Part shown: positions 8,162 to 14,962 of the stretch, piece by piece
Position numbering within the stretch: the first letter of the stretch is position 1
Layout of the letters: each line of letters begins with the position of its first letter
Virus record (IMG/VR): IMGVR_UViG_3300014158_000007
Location: 1-27,330 of that record
Direction: 5' to 3' (one strand)
Length of the DNA stretch: 27,330 bases
Source of the DNA: a virus
Lineage: Duplodnaviria > Caudoviricetes
Translations under genes and position numbers: made by a program
Notes under the pieces: generated by a model
The model's input: only the letters and a program-made list of their open reading frames with translations
The model's database searches: none
Told to the model about the DNA's origin: nothing

Positions 8162-9247
8162 CTAGACGGAGGCGAGAAGCTTAGCAACCGCGTCGGCGCT
8201 ACCGTCTATCGCGGGCGCGAGCTTAGCAGAAGCGGCTTCGAACCATTTTGCTGCGGCTTCGCTGCCGACACGCGGGCGAAGCAAGTCAACAGCCTTCGCC
8301 TTCATGGCGTCACCCGTGCCGAAATTTGCCGACACAAACCGCGCCATGTCTTGGTTACCGTCACTACCGCGTGCCGTTCGCTCGTGATCCACAAAGCGGG
8401 TGACCGCGTTTAGGGCGCACCATTGTGTGCCCGCGGGCGTGCCTTCCTGCACCGTATGCTTGTACGCCGCGCCAAGTTCTTGGAATTGATTGAGCTTATA
8501 CGTGCTGATATCCTCCGGCTTCGCTTCAAACGGGATATCCAGTACCTCTTTAAAAAAGAGCGATACATGCTCTTTCGGCATCTCGTGCGAAGCCATCGCG
8601 TCGCCCATCTCCTTGAACCTGTCGAATTGCTGCGCAAGATCGGCAAGCTCCCGTGCAACCCGATCCGCATCATAAGCGCTGCGATGCGTGCTGCGGACTG
8701 TAGGTGTCTTTTCGCCAACGGCGGCTTTCAGAGTATTGTCGCAAATTGCACGCGTCATGCATGTTTTAGTGATTGACGCAGCCGTTGTGTCAAAGCTAGT
8801 CGTGGCAAGCAAATATGCTTTATGCTTGTCACCACCTACGGTCATGTCACCGTTGAACTTTGCAGTAATCCAGATATGCGAGCCGCCCGCATAGTAACCT
8901 GCTGCATCGAATTGAAAACGGCTATCAACGCCAATATACCGTTCCATAAGCTCAAAAAATTCCCGCGGCTGATGTACCTTGTACTGCGGCGTAGCGTCGC
9001 CAAGGATGTAGCCATTGTCATTCCGGGCGAGGAATACTTTGTCTGGAACGGGCACATATACACCGTTTACAAGCGCATAAGCCGGCACCTTGACGGCTTC
9101 CCAAGGCAGGCCGGATTGCTCAATCCATTGATCCATTGTTTGCCCGGCTTTCATGGCATTGCCTAGGCGATGCCATATCGAATTGCGGTCTCCGGCGAAC
9201 GCAAGTTGCGCTTTGCCAGCTGCGTAATCCTGTACGATTTCACCCAT
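8162..9247 (-). CDS. DUF932 / TIGR03299-like phage-plasmid protein
   Basis: WHRLG, YLLATTSFD, RAICDNTL and WCALNAVTRFVDH motifs; start moved to ATG 9247 behind GGAG. Confidence 0.88.
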   Translation of the reverse strand: MGEIVQDYAAGKAQLAFAGDRNSIWHRLGNAMKAGQTMDQWIEQSGLPWEAVKVPAYALVNGVYVPVPDKVFLARNDNGYILGDATPQYKVHQPREFFELMERYIGVDSRFQFDAAGYYAGGSHIWITAKFNGDMTVGGDKHKAYLLATTSFDTTAASITKTCMTRAICDNTLKAAVGEKTPTVRSTHRSAYDADRVARELADLAQQFDRFKEMGDAMASHEMPKEHVSLFFKEVLDIPFEAKPEDISTYKLNQFQELGAAYKHTVQEGTPAGTQWCALNAVTRFVDHERTARGSDGNQDMARFVSANFGTGDAMKAKAVDLLRPRVGSEAAAKWFEAASAKLAPAIDGSADAVAKLLASV

Positions 9248-9282
9248 GACGATATCTCCAATGGGCAGAATTGCCCATGCAT

Positions 9283-9311
9283 GTTGTAATCCTGCAAGGG
9301 ACGAATAGCAA
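9283..9311 (-). promoter_or_regulatory. Putative sigma70-type promoter for the leftward early operon
   Basis: TTGCTA-N17-TACAAC on the minus strand, about 35 nt upstream of the DUF932 start. Confidence 0.45.
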
Positions 9312-9488
9312 CAGGTCATACAGGTTTTGTGTGATTTATGTTTAAGATATAGTGTCACACATAAACGTGTTTAGCTGTACCATATGCCGTTAATAAAGGT
9401 TTATCACTATAAAAACGATAGTGTGGTCATACAGTTTTTTCAAAAAGTGTCATAGAGTGGCACTATTGAAAACTGCCGGTTTCACTCA

Positions 9489-9843
9489 TTTTGCCCGCGC
9501 TCGCCCCTTGATTGGGCAGGGGAATTATAGACACGTGCACAAGCGTCAAAAATTTTCACATAGAGACCGATAATCCATTTCTCTATTAGTTAATTTTTTG
9601 ATTTTTGTTAAAGACTAGGTGTTATACACATATTGTTACGCGAGTGTAAAAGACTTATACTTTCACACCCTTATACCCGAAAGTAACATAGTTTTCTAGA
9701 GTAAAATTTTACCTCTCCAGGGTCTATACTTGTAGTACATATGTATGACGGGGTATCATTCTAACTTTTTCTGTCGATTTTTTTGCCGCTTGTGCACGTG
9801 ACGGTGAAACCGCTGCATTTTCAAAGCTCGACCGCGGGCAAAA
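9489..9843. repeat. Nested inverted repeats centred on 9666 in an AT-rich noncoding region
   Basis: 9489-9503 vs 9829-9843 (14/15) and 9532-9552 vs 9780-9800 (20/21); same symmetry axis. Confidence 0.85.
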
Positions 9844-10055
9844 CATGCCGAAAGCACAATCTGAAAATCAGGCAGTCTATGTGACAGTAGACCAAATCAT
9901 GTAAAATGGGTATCACAGGTTGAATAATTTTCAATACAACTTTTTCAGGGTGTATAAGATTATTGGTTAAAATTATGTACCATTATGGGATTACAACTGT
10001 GATAGGGTTGCACCGTCGAATTATCTAATGATTACAGATCTCGTTGAAGCCTAGG

Positions 10056-10135
10056 GTTGTACCGTTCTACCGTGCCAGGGTGCCACCGTGCCACCATTAA
10101 AAGTGCCCCCCGGTACCATGGACAGACGTGCCACC
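10056..10135. repeat. Degenerate octamer repeats (GTGCCACC)
   Basis: Tandem GTTGTACC GTTCTACC GTGCCAGG GTGCCACC GTGCCACC (10056-10095), plus copies at 10103 and 10128. Confidence 0.65.
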
Positions 10136-10187
10136 CTCGCGCGGCCGAAGAGGGGGTTTGAAAATATATAGCCCTCATTTTTGAACA

Positions 10188-10202
10188 TTAAGGTTCTGTT
10201 AA
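10188..10202. promoter_or_regulatory. CtrA-type binding box
   Basis: Perfect TTAA-GGTTCTG-TTAA, about 22 nt upstream of the tRNA-like element. Confidence 0.55.
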
Positions 10203-10224
10203 GGTCTAACGGTGAAACTCCTCC

Positions 10225-10326
10225 ATCGCCGTAGCTCAAAAAGGATTAGAGCAGGGAGCTAGGGGGCCGTACCATACGCACCCCGAAACCCCCAGGTTGC
10301 TGGTTCAAGCCCAGCCGGCGAAGACC
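10225..10326 (+). ncRNA. tRNA-like RNA with hairpin-expanded anticodon loop
   Basis: Acceptor TCGCCG/CGGCGA, U8A9, D arm GCTC-AAAAAGGATTA-GAGC, anticodon stem GGGAG/CCCCC around a 30-nt segment, variable loop AGGTT, T arm GCTGG-TTCAAGC-CCAGC. Confidence 0.8.
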
Positions 10327-10388
10327 GCAGTTGATTACTTTACAAGGCATTTTGGCCCCGTAAGGGCTCTTTTGCCTCATAAATTACT

Positions 10389-10465
10389 CAGGGCGTAGCT
10401 CAGCCTGGTAGAGCTTCTGGCCTGGGCCCAGAAGGTCGCAGGTTCAAATCCTGCCGCCCCGACCA
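10389..10465 (+). tRNA. tRNA-Pro(TGG)
   Basis: 77-nt cloverleaf with C1:G72, A73, encoded CCA and anticodon stem TCTGG/CCAGA around loop CC-TGG-GC. Confidence 0.93.
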
Positions 10466-10468
10466 AAC

Positions 10469-10500
10469 TTTTCGCTTGACAATGCCAACGCAGAGGAGTA
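10469..10500 (+). promoter_or_regulatory. 32-bp direct repeat copy 1, sigma70-like promoter
   Basis: TTTTCGCTTGACAATGCCAACGCAGAGGAGTA; TTGACA-N17-TACCAC. Confidence 0.7.
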
Positions 10501-10507
10501 CCACTAG

Positions 10508-10683
10508 CCAGGTAGAGAGGAAGGCCGGCTGGAACGCTCTTGCCTTCATCACCCGCGTGCGGCAGATGCTGCTGGCGTCGGGGTGAAGACATGGCCTCCA
10601 GAACGCTAACGTACTCCCTCACTACAGCATACCCGGGCACCGGGTTGGATCGTAGGCCAATACCGGACCCGGTTTTCTTTTTT
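10508..10683 (+). ncRNA. Candidate structured small RNA (about 170 nt) ending in a hairpin plus U-tract
   Basis: Nested stems 10512-20/10617-25, 10522-26/10593-97, 10544-50/10582-88 and 10559-63/10568-72; 3' hairpin 10633-10672 followed by a T-run; lies behind a promoter. Confidence 0.55.
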
Positions 10684-10711
10684 CGCTTGACAATGCCAAC
10701 GCAGAGGAGTA
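10680..10711 (+). promoter_or_regulatory. 32-bp direct repeat copy 2, sigma70-like promoter
   Basis: Identical to 10469-10500; TTGACA-N17-TAAGAG, just upstream of the ORF at 10725. Confidence 0.7.
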
Positions 10712-10724
10712 AGAGGGTGACACC

Positions 10725-10913
10725 ATGACCAAAACCCATGCCGACCCCGAAGACAAAGATATTGACTGCACGCTGTTCCGTCAGTTGCAGGTGTTCCTGA
10801 TTGAACATGAGGAAGTATCTGAATTTGACGCATTGGAAATGGCACGGGACTTCATGCGGAACTATTGGATACCATTCTGCCACACCAAATACCCGGTGAA
10901 GGAGCAATCATGA
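10725..10913 (+). CDS. Hypothetical protein (62 aa)
   Basis: Follows promoter copy 2; ATGA overlap with the next gene. Confidence 0.6.
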   Translation: MTKTHADPEDKDIDCTLFRQLQVFLIEHEEVSEFDALEMARDFMRNYWIPFCHTKYPVKEQS

Positions 10914-11341
10914 ACCGTCGAATGACCTTGCGTGACGTGCTCGAATGGTTTGGCGTATTAATTGCTGCCGCAGTAATATTCGCGGTTGCGTATATTCTGG
11001 TTTCATACGGACTCGCGCATGCACGCCAGATAGACCAAATACAGTTCACGCCGGCACAGCAGGAATACATCAAAGGGTTGCACAATCAACATTCGATACC
11101 CTGTTGCGATGACGCTGATGGCACGGGAGAGTTTGATTGGGACTATGCGCCTACCGGTACTACATTTTACGGTGCTCCGGTCCCATATATCGTACACTGG
11201 CACGGTGAAACGGTAGCGGTCCCTGACTATACAGTAATTACACCGAACTTGCTGAAAGAACCACGATTATGGATTGTTGATGCGCGAGCTAGTGGTGGAA
11301 GTTTATACGTGCGTTGTTTCTTGCCAGGAGCCGGGATATGA
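10910..11341 (+). CDS. Membrane-anchored/secreted Cys-containing protein
   Basis: Start 10910 behind AAGGAG; N-terminal TM helix; CCDDADG ... CFLPGAG. Confidence 0.75.
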   Translation: MNRRMTLRDVLEWFGVLIAAAVIFAVAYILVSYGLAHARQIDQIQFTPAQQEYIKGLHNQHSIPCCDDADGTGEFDWDYAPTGTTFYGAPVPYIVHWHGETVAVPDYTVITPNLLKEPRLWIVDARASGGSLYVRCFLPGAGI

Positions 11342-11562
11342 AATTCTTTTTGGTAGTATGGCTGCTTGTGGCACAAGGAAATACGCCTGCGAAAGTTGTG
11401 CTGGAAGATACTTTGGTGGTTACCAAGGATGCTTGTGTAACGGCAATGAGTGAGTCACTTGAGAAGGCGGTTCCGTTTGTGGCGGCACACAACGAGATTA
11501 TCGAGTTTCACGCCGAGTGTGTTGGGGAACATGTGGTTGAATATCCAGCCAAAGGAGGTTGA
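11338..11562 (+). CDS. Small protein with hydrophobic N-terminus (MKFFLVVWLL), two Cys
   Basis: ATGA overlap; AGGAG SD. Confidence 0.65.
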   Translation: MKFFLVVWLLVAQGNTPAKVVLEDTLVVTKDACVTAMSESLEKAVPFVAAHNEIIEFHAECVGEHVVEYPAKGG

Positions 11563-11563
11563 T

Positions 11564-11767
11564 ATGTGGGTAGTTGTTTTACTTGTTCTTGAGCTTGCCA
11601 CTGGCGATGTTCACCCGCTGATTTGGCCGACACCGTTCGAAACACAACAGATGTGCCGGGACTTCTTGCCACAGGCAGAGAAGAACGCTGATAGTCAATT
11701 CAGTCTGCCGAAGTATTCTATCTCGGTTGACTGCCACAAGACACCTAAGACAGGAGCACCAATATGA
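11564..11767 (+). CDS. Small protein with hydrophobic N-terminus (MWVVVLLVLE), two Cys
   Basis: AAGGAGGT SD; layout similar to the preceding gene. Confidence 0.65.
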   Translation: MWVVVLLVLELATGDVHPLIWPTPFETQQMCRDFLPQAEKNADSQFSLPKYSISVDCHKTPKTGAPI

Positions 11768-12135
11768 GCTATGATCCGCAATCTAAGTATCCCGGCTTCA
11801 AGCTGTACGAGAGTGTCAAACTTGTAAAGGCCGCAAAGATAACCCATCTGGAACCATTTAAGGATGGCCAGACTAAGTACAGTATGCGGGTCAATGGTGC
11901 GACGGATGGACCCCATATCCTGGTGGAAGCCAAAGGGCGGCCATGTCCTGAAGTGGAATGGTATGTAGTTATGTATCCGAATGGGTATATTTCCTTCAGC
12001 CCCCCGAAGGCATTCGAGGAAGGACACATCTGTATGGATTGGCTCACTGAGGATGCGGTGGCTCATGAGCACCCGGAGCACGATGATCATAAAGCATCCG
12101 ACGATGGTATGCCGGTTCCGGAGAAGATCAAGTGA
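11764..12135 (+). CDS. Conserved phage protein (YVVMYPNGYISFSP..AFEEG motif)
   Basis: ATGA overlap; AGGAG SD; recurrent phage motif. Confidence 0.7.
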   Translation: MSYDPQSKYPGFKLYESVKLVKAAKITHLEPFKDGQTKYSMRVNGATDGPHILVEAKGRPCPEVEWYVVMYPNGYISFSPPKAFEEGHICMDWLTEDAVAHEHPEHDDHKASDDGMPVPEKIK

Positions 12136-12341
12136 AGCTGCACGATTACCCCGATACGTTGTCCCCTGCTGCTGCGAAGACCTTGGCGTTGCGCATCCAG
12201 CAGTATTGGAGGATGAAGGGTAATGCGGGCATAATCGTCTGGTCTGAACCCAGTGCCAAGGCTACCGCTGTAAACCCACGGCCTTACCATGTAGTTAGGA
12301 GTAACTTGATAAATGGATTGCCTCCGGTTACGCCCGGTTAA
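12132..12341 (+). CDS. Hypothetical protein (69 aa, VRSNLINGLP motif)
   Basis: GTGA overlap; GGAG SD. Confidence 0.65.
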   Translation: MKLHDYPDTLSPAAAKTLALRIQQYWRMKGNAGIIVWSEPSAKATAVNPRPYHVVRSNLINGLPPVTPG

Positions 12342-12433
12342 TCCACCGGGCACCCGGAACGTGAGAAGCACAGCTTCCCAGCTAAGGGCGGTTGTCGGTG
12401 ACAAACACGTAAATAACACAGTGGAACCGTCAT

Positions 12434-12601
12434 ATGTTTTTACCAACGAAGGTCAAAGTAGTAACAACGAAAGACGAAGCTAACAGGCTCGGTGTTAAGA
12501 TGCACGATCAAGTTAGGGAATACTATCCCCCGCTTGACGAGTATAAGCTGAACAAACTGCTGGAGTTGTACCATGACAAATCAACGGGCTCGAACAGTTG
12601 A
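12434..12601 (+). CDS. Hypothetical protein (55 aa)
   Basis: Hand translation MFLPTKVKVVTTKDEANRLG...KSTGSNS; below the ORF-track cutoff; weak SD. Confidence 0.45.
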   Translation: MFLPTKVKVVTTKDEANRLGVKMHDQVREYYPPLDEYKLNKLLELYHDKSTGSNS

Positions 12602-12680
12602 CCCCTCCGGATCGCTTTGTGCCCGAGAGCCGCTGGCATCAGTTCGGGCCCGTTGACTTAGGCAAATATAGGAGTTCTCA

Positions 12681-13436
12681 ATGTTCGTAATAGACACCGC
12701 AGAAGACCTGAGCAATAAAGCCGACAGCATCAAGAAGATGGGTGCCACTGGCATCATGCGGTATTTTAACCCTCTCAGCAACGGCCACGACAGCGGTAAA
12801 TCCCTGACCACTGCTGAGGCTAAGCGGTGGGCCGAAGTAGGGCTCCCTGTCGGGGTCGTTGTTGAGGGTTACGGTCTGGCCAACGGTACCGGGGTCGATG
12901 GGCCGTCAGGCTCCCGCGATGCACGGGAGGTCTTGCAGTGGTTGCCCTCTGTTGGCCTTACACAAATACCTGTAGTTTGGTTCGCAGTAGATACGGATGC
13001 CTCTGCCGACCAGATCAATCACAACGAAGTGGAGTATTTCGACGCGATAAAGTCGGCGTTCAACGCCGCGCCGTTTAGCTCGCGGCCGCAAATTGGTATT
13101 TATGGTTCGGGCTGGTCTTGCATGAGTATGGTTGGAACCAAGCGTGCCGACAAGGCATGGGTTGCCGGCTCCCCAGGCTGGTCGCATTACAAAGATTACG
13201 TGGCCGCAAACGGTTGGACCCTCTTACAGAAGATATATCCCGGTGAAAAGTGGAACGGGTTACCGGCCGACACTGACACCGTGAACCCGAAACTCACACT
13301 GGCCGGTGCTGGACTAATTATCCCCTTCGCCTCGGCGCAGTTGCCGGCATGGAATGCGCCGTCCACGCCAGCAAAGCCGGGTATTCCCACCGGTACTGCA
13401 TCTCCTAGCTTGTGGTCTCGGTTCTGGAATGCATAA
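12681..13436 (+). CDS. DUF1906 / GH25-like TIM-barrel peptidoglycan hydrolase (probable endolysin)
   Basis: IDT...IMRY...KSLTTAEA...VWFAVDTD...YF...IGIYGSG...LLQ...DTD pattern; AGGAG SD. Confidence 0.8.
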   Translation: MFVIDTAEDLSNKADSIKKMGATGIMRYFNPLSNGHDSGKSLTTAEAKRWAEVGLPVGVVVEGYGLANGTGVDGPSGSRDAREVLQWLPSVGLTQIPVVWFAVDTDASADQINHNEVEYFDAIKSAFNAAPFSSRPQIGIYGSGWSCMSMVGTKRADKAWVAGSPGWSHYKDYVAANGWTLLQKIYPGEKWNGLPADTDTVNPKLTLAGAGLIIPFASAQLPAWNAPSTPAKPGIPTGTASPSLWSRFWNA

Positions 13437-13437
13437 C

Positions 13438-13752
13438 ATGACAGTCAAAATTCCCCAAAAGCCTGAACTTCTTCTACCGCCAGGTGTGACCCGCCTGGAG
13501 CCGAAGAAAGTATCTGTGGATAGTATCACTCCTAAATGGGCGGACGCGGTAGCTTGCTTGAAGGAATTGATCGTCCACTTGGAAACCGAACGATTACCGG
13601 TACCCTGTATGATCTACATTGCCATGCAGGCTCACCATCCGGAGGATGATACCAAAAGCATGTATCCCAGCTATTCCTGGTCTGAAAGCAAGGTGGACCA
13701 AACACTTCGGTTTAGGGGACTGCTTGATAGACACAAAGCAGCTATGCCGTGA
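13438..13752 (+). CDS. Hypothetical protein (104 aa)
   Basis: ATG 1 nt after the lysin stop (MTVKIPQK). Confidence 0.6.
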   Translation: MTVKIPQKPELLLPPGVTRLEPKKVSVDSITPKWADAVACLKELIVHLETERLPVPCMIYIAMQAHHPEDDTKSMYPSYSWSESKVDQTLRFRGLLDRHKAAMP

Positions 13753-13845
13753 GGTTCTGGCCATATCCGGGGTGCCCGTGCCCGGAAGACTGCGATGACG
13801 AAGGTGAGTGTGAGGGTTTGTGTGCTGGGAAGGGTATGGGCTGTG

Positions 13846-14208
13846 ATGTTGAACAAAGATATTTTGCGTACCGCATATGCCTACTTGAACGAGACAGAGC
13901 CATTCGTGAAATGGAATTTACCAGACGCAGATGATGTAGATTTTTCGGTGAAGGATAGCAAGAAACACGCTGCTAAATGCCATCCTCCTGAATGTACTCA
14001 GTCCGGGAGGTATCTGATTGAAGTTGCTGAACGGCACCATGAGGGCACTTTGAATTTGATGGAAACTATGGCTCATGAAATGGTTCATATTCATGAGTTT
14101 CAAGCCTGTATTCCACGAACTAATGGAAAACATCTTCATGGTAAAGTGTTTAAGGCTTATGCTAAACAGGTATGTGAGGCTCATGGGTTTGACATAGCTC
14201 AGTTCTAA
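13846..14208 (+). CDS. SprT-like zinc metalloprotease-domain protein (start uncertain)
   Basis: TMAHEMVH (HExxH) plus HGKVFK. Confidence 0.8.
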   Translation: MLNKDILRTAYAYLNETEPFVKWNLPDADDVDFSVKDSKKHAAKCHPPECTQSGRYLIEVAERHHEGTLNLMETMAHEMVHIHEFQACIPRTNGKHLHGKVFKAYAKQVCEAHGFDIAQF

Positions 14209-14213
14209 GGAGT

Positions 14214-14813
14214 ATGAAAATGAAACGACTTGACATAATTATGGTTGTTGCCGCGGTCATCGTAGGATATGTTTGCACCCCCCCTATCCTGAATGCCATG
14301 GGCCAGTTTCCCGGATGGGCTGTTACGTCTCCAGGAACTGTACCATCTACGGACCTGAAGCCGATTGCCGTTATCACGCATCCTAAATCCACGAAGGTTG
14401 AGAAGCCTTCAGAAGTTCATTTACCTTCTGTTAACCCCCCGGCGATAACGTCGGATGTAACAGTTGTTCAGCCGACAAAAGCTATCGTCACGACTTCTGA
14501 AAGGGAGAGCAAAATGGACTGGTTTGATATTTTCCTGCGGACCTTTGCTGTTGTGGGCGCTGTAGTGTTCGTGGTCTATCTGTTCAACCATGGCGTCAAG
14601 CCTGCTGGCGCCAAGGTTGCATCCTGGTTCACTGTCCTGAAGAGTGACTTCACGTCACTGGTCGCCCGGGTCGAGAACCTTGAGACTACCGTCGCCGGTA
14701 CGGCTGTGACGCCCACTGTGGCAGTCGCCGCTAAGGCTTCGGCTGTCAAGGCCGCTACTGCTCCCGCCGCACCCGCGGCTCCTGCTACCCCGGCCGCTAC
14801 TCCCGCGGCCTAA
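14214..14813 (+). CDS. Membrane protein with Ala/Pro-rich tail; probable internal start at 14514
   Basis: TAAGGAG SD; two hydrophobic segments; second ATG behind AGGGAGAG. Confidence 0.65.
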   Translation: MKMKRLDIIMVVAAVIVGYVCTPPILNAMGQFPGWAVTSPGTVPSTDLKPIAVITHPKSTKVEKPSEVHLPSVNPPAITSDVTVVQPTKAIVTTSERESKMDWFDIFLRTFAVVGAVVFVVYLFNHGVKPAGAKVASWFTVLKSDFTSLVARVENLETTVAGTAVTPTVAVAAKASAVKAATAPAAPAAPATPAATPAA

Positions 14814-14884
14814 TACGGACCCGTGCCCTGACGCTCTCCACGGGGTAGGGGTCCTTTAACTTATCAAGAGTACCAGTGTAAGCG

Positions 14885-14953
14885 GGTCCGTCGCCTGCAC
14901 TGGCCTTGAGCGATGCTCGGCCGTCTAGTGGGGGTGTAGGCGGCGGACCTTTT
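14885..14953 (+). terminator. 16-bp stem plus TTTT immediately upstream of the CtrA-like gene
   Basis: GGTCCGTCGCCTGCAC (14885-14900) pairs with GTGTAGGCGGCGGACC (14934-14949), two G-U pairs. Confidence 0.55.
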
Positions 14954-14962
14954 GAGTGACCA

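Noticed and set aside
10259-10288. Archaeal-type bulge-helix-bulge intron giving tRNA-Pro(AGG)
   Set aside because: Positions 32-35 (CTAG) do not pair with the insert's 3' end (CCCG), so no canonical BHB forms; it is also far too short for a group I intron.
10327-10388. tRNA-associated HDV-like (theta) ribozyme
   Set aside because: Only a simple hairpin (AGGCA..GCCC-GTAA-GGGC..TGCCT region) is visible; I could not build the nested double pseudoknot.
10377-10907. 176-aa minus-strand ORF and other ORFs over the RNA island
   Set aside because: Antisense to tRNA-Pro (LVGAAGFEPAT is a typical tRNA shadow translation) and to the promoter repeats.
13749-13934. Cys-rich 61-aa ORF
   Set aside because: It has a GTGA overlap but runs about 90 nt into the SprT-like gene in another frame; could not be supported or excluded, so not called.
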